This document shows, piece by piece, positions 9,157-18,448 of a stretch of DNA of 64,000 nucleotides. The notes beneath the pieces were generated by a model. That model saw only the letters and a program-made list of their open reading frames with translations. It made no database searches and was not told the DNA's origin. The position numbers and the translations under genes were made by a program. The stretch lies in contig JAHJHG010000009.1 of NCBI GenBank assembly GCA_018823885.1, positions 783 through 64,782 on the forward strand. The letters run 5' to 3'. This DNA is from Patescibacteria group bacterium (GTDB taxonomy: Bacteria; Patescibacteriota; Microgenomatia; UBA8517). How positions within the stretch are numbered: the stretch's first letter is position 1; every line of letters starts with the position of its first letter.

Positions 9157-9486
9157 ATGAATAAAATTATTAGTACTGTATTGGCTGCTGAAATTGAAAC
9201 AGTGGATGATGTTGCCACACTTCAAGGCTTTGAAGGAGTTTTTGAAAACATAGTAACCATCGTCCTAGGATTTGGAGGTATTATTCTTTTCATCATGCTT
9301 ATAATGGGAGGGTTTCGATTTATAACCGCTGGTGGAGACCCCAAGGCAATCGAAGGTGCAAAAAAAACCTTAACTTATGCTATCGGAGGCATTGTTCTTG
9401 TTGCTCTTTCATTTCTAATCCTCAGATTTATTTCCACCTTTACCGGAGTCGATGTCACTCAATTTAAAATATTTCAAGGAAATTAA
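9157..9486 (+). CDS. T4SS pilin 8
   Basis: GGFRFITAGGDPKAIEGAKKTLTYAIGG; start MNKIIS. Confidence 0.8.
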   Translation: MNKIISTVLAAEIETVDDVATLQGFEGVFENIVTIVLGFGGIILFIMLIMGGFRFITAGGDPKAIEGAKKTLTYAIGGIVLVALSFLILRFISTFTGVDVTQFKIFQGN

Positions 9487-9499
9487 CTTCAAAACAAAA

Positions 9500-11869
9500 A
9501 TGCACAAGCTGCCCAAGAAGCCTGTTAATAAAGAATGTTTTTCCCTGATTCTATTGTTTATATTTTTCTTTCTTGCTCTTGGGTTCTTTGTATCGAAAGC
9601 AAAAGCCCAAATCCCAAATCCTCCGGTTCCCTGCGATGAAACACGAAATGATGAGTTTCATTCTTTGAGGCCCTATCAAGCCAGCCCCTGTGATGACAAA
9701 GCGGACACCGCTCTTTTTTGTGGAAATGATTTAATTGTTGCCGATACGATCACTGTTACTAAAAATCAAGCAACATCATGCGAATCTCTATCTAGTGGAA
9801 AGGAAAAGTGTAGTTTTACAACAAGTAACTCAAAAAATATTAGGATTGATTTATCAAGTGCCGATTTTCCTATTCTAGGTAATACCGAAAGTGTCGTAAA
9901 TATTGACAAAGATGCTGATGATTCTGGATTTGATGATGTAGGAAAAACAAATGAATACGTTAGCTGGTATCTAAACGGCACCATAAATCGCGCCGAGTAT
10001 GAGTTTCTAAACCCAAGCGAAAAACAAGACATCAGCAAGCTTATAGATTTTTCTGGCCCCATCAACAAACTTCTTCCATGGGAACAACAAGTAGCATACA
10101 GAATAAACACAATCAAACAAACTGGCGCAACGCGTCATGATCAAATAATTGCTTGTACTGTTGCGGGTGTTCCCGTTCCTTGCTATCACCAAGGACTACT
10201 CGAAATAATCGATACAAAACACCGACTTTCTGACTGGGAAGGGAAAATCACAAATTTACCAACACTGCCTGGTACTTGGAACGAAAGGGTACCTCCTCAA
10301 AGAAAAGATTTTGAAAATTTTCTAAACTACTGGGAAGCTTACAGGGAGTGGAGGGGCAATAGTTGTGGCCAATTTACAATTCCAATAATAAACAAACGTG
10401 TTCTTCTCTGCTCTCCTATTGACAATCCACTTAGGCCAAATTACTGGGCGGATCTATTTCCCTATGTTCCTTTTTCTTCAACGGAAGACCAGCTTGGGTT
10501 TGTTGAAACACAAACCTTGACCGCTTATTCTCCATCGGAAGATGTTACTTTAAAAGAAGTTTTATTTGATAATCAGGAACCAGCGGAACTCTTCTTTGCT
10601 CACACAGAAGAAGTTGCAGAGTTGGCTAGTATTTTGCAAAAAACGTTCGCTCCACAAGGTGCGGAAAACAATCTGTCATTTTCAGGTGTTTCTCCTACTG
10701 AATACTGTGATCTTGTAAATGTCCGTACAAACGAAGGGGATGATCTTTTTGCCGGAGAAATAGGTGGAGTACTTTCATACACCGCTGAATTTACGTGCGA
10801 ACTTGAACCAGGAGCAAGCAATGCTTGCGAAAGCGCAGGAGGAGAATGCATAAATACTCCCAGTTGTATCCGTGTCGGCAAAGGAACTGTGAATGGAGGC
10901 TCTGGGTGCAATACAGTAAACGAGACCTGCTGTGCACGAGAAGAGCCATTGTCTGGACAGGAGTGCACAAAAGAAATATACGCTAATTTGTCTGTTATAA
11001 CAAAAACCCCTAAGGTGAATGAAATTTGGGCAAGAACCGTAGCTGGACCATCATCAATTTTTAAAAGAATATTTCCCAAGATAGGAGAGGGTGGGGCTAT
11101 CTTGGGATTATTAGATATTCCCGGCGCAACAAACGTTACCTATTCAGGTGATGGCCTTGTCTACGCTGGCAATCCAGGAAACGAACGTTCTGGAGAATCT
11201 GCTGAACTATACTTCCCGCACGTTGGAGGGGTATCTGAATATTTCTTGAAAGGAATTCAAACTATTCTTCGACCAAAAGGCTTTGGGGAACAAATTCTTT
11301 CTGGTCAACCAGGAACAGAGTCGCCCGTACAAGAATGTAATCAAGATATTTCTAATTCGGCAATCCCCTCAAAATATCTGGGAGCATTCAAAGAAAACTT
11401 CATTCGCATGGCGAGAGATTGGAGTGAGAAGACTGAATGCCAGGGGCTTGAAAATACGATGGCGGATGAATGTTATAACGACGTTGTTAAGCGCTCTGTT
11501 GATAAAGGAGTAAATCCTGCCTTCACCTTAACCATCTGGCTTAATGAAACTGGTGCCAGTAATTATTGCGAGAGTGGGTCAACGGCTCAGGACTTTGGTA
11601 TTAGAATTCCATCTATCTTCCAAAACTTTGGAGAACAACTTGATCATTTTTTGGGTTTGCCTTTCAGTGGTACTTATGTCTCTTGCTCCAATGAAGCTGG
11701 TTGGGATAATAGAATACATGCTTTTCTCAGTAGATTTCGATCAGGCGGTTGTGATCCAACGGACAGTGAAGGAAATATCTATTACAACCACATTAAAGAA
11801 ACAACTTGGCCTTGGGTATCAAATTGTTCAAATCTCCCTAGTTGGCCAACAGACACGAGTTGTCCTTAA
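9500..11869 (+). CDS. Large secreted Cys-rich protein with putative C-terminal lysozyme-like domain
   Basis: Signal peptide ending KAKA-Q, more than 20 Cys, KGVNPAFTLTIWLNETG resembles the lysozyme/SLT catalytic helix. Confidence 0.55.
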   Translation: MHKLPKKPVNKECFSLILLFIFFFLALGFFVSKAKAQIPNPPVPCDETRNDEFHSLRPYQASPCDDKADTALFCGNDLIVADTITVTKNQATSCESLSSGKEKCSFTTSNSKNIRIDLSSADFPILGNTESVVNIDKDADDSGFDDVGKTNEYVSWYLNGTINRAEYEFLNPSEKQDISKLIDFSGPINKLLPWEQQVAYRINTIKQTGATRHDQIIACTVAGVPVPCYHQGLLEIIDTKHRLSDWEGKITNLPTLPGTWNERVPPQRKDFENFLNYWEAYREWRGNSCGQFTIPIINKRVLLCSPIDNPLRPNYWADLFPYVPFSSTEDQLGFVETQTLTAYSPSEDVTLKEVLFDNQEPAELFFAHTEEVAELASILQKTFAPQGAENNLSFSGVSPTEYCDLVNVRTNEGDDLFAGEIGGVLSYTAEFTCELEPGASNACESAGGECINTPSCIRVGKGTVNGGSGCNTVNETCCAREEPLSGQECTKEIYANLSVITKTPKVNEIWARTVAGPSSIFKRIFPKIGEGGAILGLLDIPGATNVTYSGDGLVYAGNPGNERSGESAELYFPHVGGVSEYFLKGIQTILRPKGFGEQILSGQPGTESPVQECNQDISNSAIPSKYLGAFKENFIRMARDWSEKTECQGLENTMADECYNDVVKRSVDKGVNPAFTLTIWLNETGASNYCESGSTAQDFGIRIPSIFQNFGEQLDHFLGLPFSGTYVSCSNEAGWDNRIHAFLSRFRSGGCDPTDSEGNIYYNHIKETTWPWVSNCSNLPSWPTDTSCP

Positions 11870-11919
11870 ATGGTGTGTTGTTGACCCTACATTCGTATTG
11901 TATGATTAAAATAATAAGT

Positions 11920-13488
11920 ATGTTCAAGAAAGTTATTGTCTCGTTTATATTAGTCTTCTTGCTTTTTGCTGCATTAGTAACTCCCAATGCAAAAGCTCAG
12001 GGAGGAGGAAATTGGTATAATCAATCTTTTGAAGAGTGGTCTGCAAAGGTTTTTGATGACAGTAACCCTCAAGAAATATTTGGGGAAAGATATACCTATG
12101 CGCAGGTAACTTGGATCTTACACTCTCTACAGGCTTTTGCGTATGGAGACGATTTGATTAATTGTGTTAATGTTTCAAACGGAGATTTAAATGAAATTAA
12201 AGATTGTGTGAAAGGACTTCAAGAATCAAGTTCATTTATTAATAGCCCCGTATTGGCGATTGGTGCTTTTGGAGATTCTGTTCTTTCTCTTCATCCGGCG
12301 TCAGGTGTTGAATATGTCGCGGACACTGCTTCCAGGCTAAAAATAATTCCAAGTGCTTATGCGCAAGGAATTGGATTTGAAGGATTACAGCCGGCCCTAA
12401 AAGCGTGGAAGGTAACACGCAATATGACCTATGCTCTTTCTATTCTCGCCGTGATCGTTATGTCTTTTATGATTATGTTTAGGGTAAAAATTTCACCACA
12501 AGTAGTAATCACTGTTCAATCTGCACTCCCTAAAATTATTATTGCTTTAATACTTATCACTTTTTCTTATGCCATTGCTGGCTTTATTATTGATATTTCC
12601 TATCTTCTTCTGGGAATCATTGCTGCATTAGTTACATCCTCCGGGGTGGATATTTCTAGTTTGAACATGATACCGTTTTTCAACACATTCGTAATGGGTT
12701 CCGGCCTTTTTTGGTCTCTCATACTAACGCAGTTGTTATTTTTATTATTGTTCGGGATAACTGGAGCGCTAGTAGGAGCTCTTTTCGCCGTTCCCACTGG
12801 AGGATTGTCAATTGCCATTGGGGGTGGTATTGGAGCTATTCTTTTTCTCCTACTCATTGTTCTGATGATTTTTGCCAGCATAAAAATTCTCTGGCTTTTG
12901 GTAAAAACCACCATCAACATCCTTCTTCTTATTATCGCTGCTCCAATAATGATTTTAGCAGGAACGTTTTCGTCAGGAATAGGGTTTGGACCTTGGTTAA
13001 GACAACTTGTAGCCAATGTTGCCGTATTTCCAATGGTTCGAATCATGTTGTTCTTAGCCCATTATTTCTTTTGGGGAATGCGCATGACACAAGAGGTCGA
13101 TCTTGCCGGGTGGACTGCCGTCAATCCTTTGGGAATTCTTCCTTCTGGAGGAGAAATGGCTGTCCTGCCCGGCTATCTTCCTTTTAGCGTCGGAACCGGA
13201 CTTTTAGGTTGGATTCTCTCTTTCGGCGTGTTTTTCTTAACACCTAAGATCGGTGATATAATCAAGTCCATGATTGAAGGCAAACCATTCGCTTATGGAA
13301 CGGCTATCGGAGAGGCTGTTGGACCAATAGGCGCCGCTTGGGGATCAACCCCTGCACGTCTTGGCAAAGAAGCTGTTATTAGAGGGGGTGGTACAGAAAT
13401 TGCAAGCAGACTGAGAACAAAAGGGAAACTAGCAACTCAAATAGGAGACCAGCTTGACAATATTCTTAATTCAAAAAGGGGTTCTTAG
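11920..13488 (+). CDS. Polytopic membrane protein, VirB6/TrbL-like
   Basis: W...RN..Y, LPKIIIALILITFSYAIAGFIID, ILLLIIAAPIMIL...W.RQL pattern; located in pilin/VirB4 cluster. Confidence 0.65.
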   Translation: MFKKVIVSFILVFLLFAALVTPNAKAQGGGNWYNQSFEEWSAKVFDDSNPQEIFGERYTYAQVTWILHSLQAFAYGDDLINCVNVSNGDLNEIKDCVKGLQESSSFINSPVLAIGAFGDSVLSLHPASGVEYVADTASRLKIIPSAYAQGIGFEGLQPALKAWKVTRNMTYALSILAVIVMSFMIMFRVKISPQVVITVQSALPKIIIALILITFSYAIAGFIIDISYLLLGIIAALVTSSGVDISSLNMIPFFNTFVMGSGLFWSLILTQLLFLLLFGITGALVGALFAVPTGGLSIAIGGGIGAILFLLLIVLMIFASIKILWLLVKTTINILLLIIAAPIMILAGTFSSGIGFGPWLRQLVANVAVFPMVRIMLFLAHYFFWGMRMTQEVDLAGWTAVNPLGILPSGGEMAVLPGYLPFSVGTGLLGWILSFGVFFLTPKIGDIIKSMIEGKPFAYGTAIGEAVGPIGAAWGSTPARLGKEAVIRGGGTEIASRLRTKGKLATQIGDQLDNILNSKRGS

Positions 13489-15809
13489 CGCCTTTCTTCT
13501 TCGTATCTTCGCTTTGGAGGAGGTTTGACAACAGCCGGCCCTATACTGACTCCCATATTTCCAACATCTTTTCTCGTCTCATTGTAACCAAGCTGCAAGT
13601 TACTAACTTCTTCCTTGCCAGCAATTTCTGCTAGTCTGGCAAATATTTTTGTATAAAATCGAAGTAAATGTACCATTCCTTGAGAATATCCTTTTACTCC
13701 CCCATACTCATCTGGCATACTAGAAAGCTTTGTTTTCCACCAAGACATTTCTACCGCCCATTTTTGCTTCTCTCCTTTTTCAAAACCACGGGCGCCGACA
13801 ATGTCATATTTGTCCGCAACTTTTAACGATATCAGCAATGGCACCAAGCCCATTGTCAACACTGCTTTAGATTGTTTCTCGTCCCTGGTTCCCAAGTCTG
13901 CCCTTTTTAAAAGCTCTCTTATATTATCTACGTCTCCAAAGAAATCCTTAAATTGCCCTTCGTTCGCTGCAGACTCTGGATCCACCATTACTGTCACATA
14001 CCTTACTATTTGGCCTATTGTTATCATCCAACGGTATAGCGCTTGGTCTCCCATTTTGACCCACTTAAACTCAGACTTCGCCTTACCTGCGCACAATTCA
14101 TCCCAAGCACTTGGATCTCCCTCTTCAATGTCGCGCTTTCCTGAAAAGGAAATTGTATTCAGAAAGTTCAGAGAAGCTATTTCAGGAGGGAAAAAAATAG
14201 GTATAACTATCGGATTGCCAGTTTCGTCTTTGTAGGATGTTTCCCAATACCAAAGTAGCTCCCTTAAACCCTCTTTTGCCTCTTGATCCCAACCACTCTC
14301 TTCCCACAACTCTTTAAAGGCGCGTTGAAGCTTTTGGTCCTTTTCAGCAACTGCCTCTAAATATTCCGGTATCCAATCAGGGCGTTCACTAAGCAGTTTC
14401 TTTCTAAATTCGTCGCTCATTGGAAGAAACATTCCTATTGTTCGCGGTTTTCCTTCATTGTCAGCAATAAAATCTCTCCAATAAGCCACACTAATGGCGT
14501 CTGTCGCTACTGTTGTTGCTCCACCAACCCGCCTCCTAGCTACCTTAAGACTTTTCTTTCCATTTTCTTCTACTTCCCTTAGTGCGTACTTCCATCCCCA
14601 TCCTAAGCGAGTACTTACAAAGTGTCCCCAATCCTCTACTATTTCAGCTCTAACAACCTCCCTCGCAAGTGCCTGATTCAAGTTTGCGTTCATACTACGC
14701 CACATTTTTACTCCTTGCTCCGCCCAACCCCTTACTCCTTCCGCTAGTGCTTTTGCTTTGGCCACGTCGCCAGTGGCAATATAGTCCTGCAGTGCTTCTT
14801 TTACGGTTCGTTTTTTGTGTCGATCAGTAGGCATCACTAATAAAGTCTCCATTGCAGCGATGTATAAACGTTTCTTTTCTTCTATGCTGCCCATTGCGTA
14901 CCAGTTTAGAAGAGCTCTGGGCACTACCCCATCCTGCTCGTGAATTAACCAACCATCTTCATTTCTGAGTTTTTTATTTTCATTTGGATATTTTTTCTCT
15001 AATTCTCTTTCTTTTTCCTCAACAAACTCACGTTGCTCTTTGTCTTCAAATACCGTACGTATAAATTGAATTTCTATATCGCTGAGCGTCCTTTGCCCTT
15101 CGGCATCCTTCATAAATGAAGATTCTTTCTTGCTCATTTGGCTTACTTCTGCTACTGCCATTATCCAGAAAGTGCACTCGTCTTGATATTTGACAGCCTT
15201 TTCTCTTGTTTCTTCTCTCCCTTCTTCTAACAACGATGTTTCTTCTTGCTTAGCAACACTCATCCCTGGGAGCTCTTTCTGAAAAGACCCTTCATAAAAG
15301 GAAGCAGTCGGGTCACTGCGCATTCTCTCCCTAACCCAATAAAGCATATTGTGCCAATCATAAAACTTATCTAGAACTCCGCCCATCCCCTCTAATACTT
15401 TTTGGGTGTTCTCTCCCCACGTCAAATCAACCGCCAATCTATCTAGCCACCGCTTAGCCTCGCCTTCTGCCCAATCCTCATCCCGTGCTGTTCTTACTGC
15501 ATTGATAGCCGTGCTGAACCACATTTCTTGAGTCCTAGAATCATAAGGGTAAGGATTCTTGAACCTCATCTCAAGGTCAAGTGTTTTTTCCAGTTCCCTC
15601 ACCTGAGCCTTCATTAGTCTTTCGTGCGTGGAATACAGTTTTTCTTGTGTTTTCTCCTTGTCTATAAACCCAATTTCTTTCCACTTTTTGAGTTCATCTA
15701 TCATATCCAAAAGGTTTGAGTTAGCAAAACCATACCGCTCGCGAGTTTCTCCTCGCCTCAACGACTCACTTCTTGGATCTAACATCAGGTCTTGATTTTT
15801 CTCTGTCAT
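13485..15809 (-). CDS. Hypothetical 774-aa soluble protein
   Basis: Long ORF, charged and helical, no recognisable motif; TGcTAAAAT 9 nt upstream of ATG. Confidence 0.7.
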   Translation of the reverse strand: MTEKNQDLMLDPRSESLRRGETRERYGFANSNLLDMIDELKKWKEIGFIDKEKTQEKLYSTHERLMKAQVRELEKTLDLEMRFKNPYPYDSRTQEMWFSTAINAVRTARDEDWAEGEAKRWLDRLAVDLTWGENTQKVLEGMGGVLDKFYDWHNMLYWVRERMRSDPTASFYEGSFQKELPGMSVAKQEETSLLEEGREETREKAVKYQDECTFWIMAVAEVSQMSKKESSFMKDAEGQRTLSDIEIQFIRTVFEDKEQREFVEEKERELEKKYPNENKKLRNEDGWLIHEQDGVVPRALLNWYAMGSIEEKKRLYIAAMETLLVMPTDRHKKRTVKEALQDYIATGDVAKAKALAEGVRGWAEQGVKMWRSMNANLNQALAREVVRAEIVEDWGHFVSTRLGWGWKYALREVEENGKKSLKVARRRVGGATTVATDAISVAYWRDFIADNEGKPRTIGMFLPMSDEFRKKLLSERPDWIPEYLEAVAEKDQKLQRAFKELWEESGWDQEAKEGLRELLWYWETSYKDETGNPIVIPIFFPPEIASLNFLNTISFSGKRDIEEGDPSAWDELCAGKAKSEFKWVKMGDQALYRWMITIGQIVRYVTVMVDPESAANEGQFKDFFGDVDNIRELLKRADLGTRDEKQSKAVLTMGLVPLLISLKVADKYDIVGARGFEKGEKQKWAVEMSWWKTKLSSMPDEYGGVKGYSQGMVHLLRFYTKIFARLAEIAGKEEVSNLQLGYNETRKDVGNMGVSIGPAVVKPPPKRRYEEERR

Positions 15810-15889
15810 AATAGGAATATTTTAGCATCCTCTATTCCAACTTACAATTCCTTGACTTTGTGTATTATGGGCTGTACAATCGCAAGCAA

Positions 15890-16606
15890 ATGAGTTTTGA
15901 GCAAGAAATATCTTGGCTGAAAAAAACCAAAGAAGCCAAAGATGCGTTAGAAGGACAACGAAAAATCAAAGCCGAGACAGCGGAATTGAAACGCTTAAGA
16001 TGGATAGAAGAAAGAACTGCACAGTTTGCGCCCCATAAATCAACTGCGTTGCGTTTTCTCAAAAGATGGAATGAACTAGAAATCGATAAACTTATCGAGG
16101 ATCTTCACAGTTTTAGTACTAGCACTAATAATTATGGCAAACCCACTAATACTTTTGTTGTATTCCAAAATCTAAACGTCGATCGACATTCTAAGGAGAA
16201 GAAAACACAATTTTTGAACTTGAAACAGTATGAAAAAGGCTGGTGTGTCGAACAAGAAGATAATTGTTTTCCAACAATCAGTGAGGTTTTAGCCAACAGC
16301 AAACTCATCAGAAACTTGGAACCAAACAAAATAATATTTTCTCATATCTACAAAGCGTGTCATACATTTATAGAAGAACGTGATTGTCTCGATGACACCT
16401 ATTCTAGCTACGCAAGAATTGACTTTAGCATAAAAATGTCTCCTTATGAAATTATTGTCTTCCACCCAAGAATTTCTCATAAAAGGAGCTTGGTATCGTT
16501 AGAAGAACTACAAAATAGCGGAGATCTGGCCCAAAGATTGGATAGATTTTTAGCAGAACAGTACAGTAAGCAGGCCCCGGCAGAGACAGAAAATAAGATT
16601 CAATAA
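15890..16606 (+). CDS. Hypothetical protein
   Basis: ORF with ATG at 15890 following TACAAT; no motif recognised. Confidence 0.6.
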   Translation: MSFEQEISWLKKTKEAKDALEGQRKIKAETAELKRLRWIEERTAQFAPHKSTALRFLKRWNELEIDKLIEDLHSFSTSTNNYGKPTNTFVVFQNLNVDRHSKEKKTQFLNLKQYEKGWCVEQEDNCFPTISEVLANSKLIRNLEPNKIIFSHIYKACHTFIEERDCLDDTYSSYARIDFSIKMSPYEIIVFHPRISHKRSLVSLEELQNSGDLAQRLDRFLAEQYSKQAPAETENKIQ

Positions 16607-16742
16607 TATTACTTCAAATTTCAGTACTTAATTCGCCCAAGCACTTTGCTACATCATTTGTGTGAAAAGCTGGTCTACTTGAAATAGCTTCTTCACGCAG
16701 TACTCTTAATTAAGGGTTAAAACTATATAACTCACCCTATCT

Positions 16743-17786
16743 ATGGATCAACAACACCCTATACCGCAACAAATATCTTCCTACCAGTTTAAGTTGGTAG
16801 GAAATATGACTTTAAAGCAATTTTTCCAAATAGCGGGAGGAGCTCTGTTTTCTCTTCTTTTCTATGCATCAAATCTTCACCCCGTTATCAAATGGCCTCT
16901 TGTAATATTTTTTGCTCTTTTTGGAGCCGCTCTTGCTTTTCTTCCCTTTGAAGAAAGACCTCTTGAGCAATGGGTTATTTCATTTTTCAAAGCAGTCTAT
17001 ACTCCTACTACCTATTTTTGGGGGAAAACGACCAAGCCTCCTGTGTTTTTTAAAGAAGAAGCGTCTGTGCCCCAAGAGCATGTTGTTGCCCCACATGGAG
17101 AGAAAGAATTGGAAAAATACTTGCAGAGTCTTCCAGGGCGAGGCACTTCCGTATTTTCCAAACTCGAAGAGGCTGAAAATACTTTCCTTTCAAAACTTAC
17201 TAGGCTTTTCGGAAGTGGCGGAACAAGAGCGATTGAAACCCCCTCTTCAGCCGCTATGGCTCAACATACCCCGCAAGAGAAACAGCAAGAAATGACTGTG
17301 CCGCAAAACATACCAACTGTTATTCCGCAAGGATATAAGCCCAGGGTTGTGGTTGAAGAAAAAAAACCACTACTTCAAAATCAACAGCCAGCAGAAGCAA
17401 AAACTTCCACCGTTGCCAAGACGTTCACTGCTCAAGAAGTGATATCGGGACAAGCCGCCCAGTTCTCCGTCAATGCAGCTCCTCCACTTCCCCCTGAGAA
17501 GCCTAATACACTAACTGGTCAGGTTGTCGATGCTGGTGGCAAAATCATTGAAAGTGCAATACTCGAAATCAGAGATGTTGCCGGCCGACCTGTTAGAGCC
17601 GTCAAAACAAACAAAGTGGGGCACTTCATAATTGTTACCCCATTACAAGATGGGCGATACGAAATTATAAGCGAGAAGGAAGGGCTTAATTTTGAGCCAT
17701 TAACCTTTGAAGCAACCGGGAGCATTATTCCACCAATTGCGATAAGGTCTAAAAATAAAATTCCCACACCAATAATAATTAATTAA
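16743..17786 (+). CDS. PrgI family protein with C-terminal carboxypeptidase-regulatory-like domain
   Basis: HPIPQQISSYQFKLVGNMTLKQF, two TMs, ERPLEQW; C-terminal LTGQVVD..G..IE.AILEI. Confidence 0.8.
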   Translation: MDQQHPIPQQISSYQFKLVGNMTLKQFFQIAGGALFSLLFYASNLHPVIKWPLVIFFALFGAALAFLPFEERPLEQWVISFFKAVYTPTTYFWGKTTKPPVFFKEEASVPQEHVVAPHGEKELEKYLQSLPGRGTSVFSKLEEAENTFLSKLTRLFGSGGTRAIETPSSAAMAQHTPQEKQQEMTVPQNIPTVIPQGYKPRVVVEEKKPLLQNQQPAEAKTSTVAKTFTAQEVISGQAAQFSVNAAPPLPPEKPNTLTGQVVDAGGKIIESAILEIRDVAGRPVRAVKTNKVGHFIIVTPLQDGRYEIISEKEGLNFEPLTFEATGSIIPPIAIRSKNKIPTPIIIN

Positions 17787-17787
17787 T

Positions 17788-18447
17788 ATGAAAATTCCTT
17801 TTATTAGCATACCAGATAAGCCAATATCAGCAATTTCTCAAAAACATTTGCCGATTGCCGATATTGTTGATGACCTGGTTTTGTACAAAGATGGAGGTGC
17901 GGCAATTATCTTGGAAACTACCTCCCTTAACTTTGGTCTTTTGTCCGAAAAGGAGCAACAAGCTGTTATTGCCGCCTATGCTGCTCTTCTCAACTCTCTT
18001 TCTTTTGCTATCCAAATAGTTATTCGCTCTCAAAGAAAAGATATCTCGAGCTATATGAAATATCTTGATGAGGCTTCAAACAAAATTCAAAACCCAAAGC
18101 TTATTGAAATCATGACGGGTTACAAAAACTTTGTTTCTGAAACGATAAAGAAAAAAAATGTTCTGGGAAAAAGATTTTTTATTGTCATTCCGTTTAGCGC
18201 TTTAGAGCTTGGTGTAACGAAATCTGTTCTTTCGATTGCAAAAAAAGGCCCACTTCCATACCCCAAAACCTACGCAATTAAAAAAGCCAAAGTTTCTCTC
18301 TATCCAAAAAGAGACCATCTTATCAGACAAGCCGGGAGATTAAGTATAAAACTAAAACAACTCTCCACTGCGGAATTAATAGAGCTTTTCTATGACATTT
18401 ATAACCCAGAAATGCCAGCAGTTAAAAGCAAGGAGGACACCGTATAG
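17788..18447 (+). CDS. VirB4/TraC-associated protein (resembles VirB4 N-terminal region)
   Basis: LNFGLLSEKEQQAVIAAYAALLNSLSFAIQIVIRS...FFIVIP...LSTAELIELFY, directly upstream of VirB4. Confidence 0.65.
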   Translation: MKIPFISIPDKPISAISQKHLPIADIVDDLVLYKDGGAAIILETTSLNFGLLSEKEQQAVIAAYAALLNSLSFAIQIVIRSQRKDISSYMKYLDEASNKIQNPKLIEIMTGYKNFVSETIKKKNVLGKRFFIVIPFSALELGVTKSVLSIAKKGPLPYPKTYAIKKAKVSLYPKRDHLIRQAGRLSIKLKQLSTAELIELFYDIYNPEMPAVKSKEDTV

Positions 18448-18448
18448 T

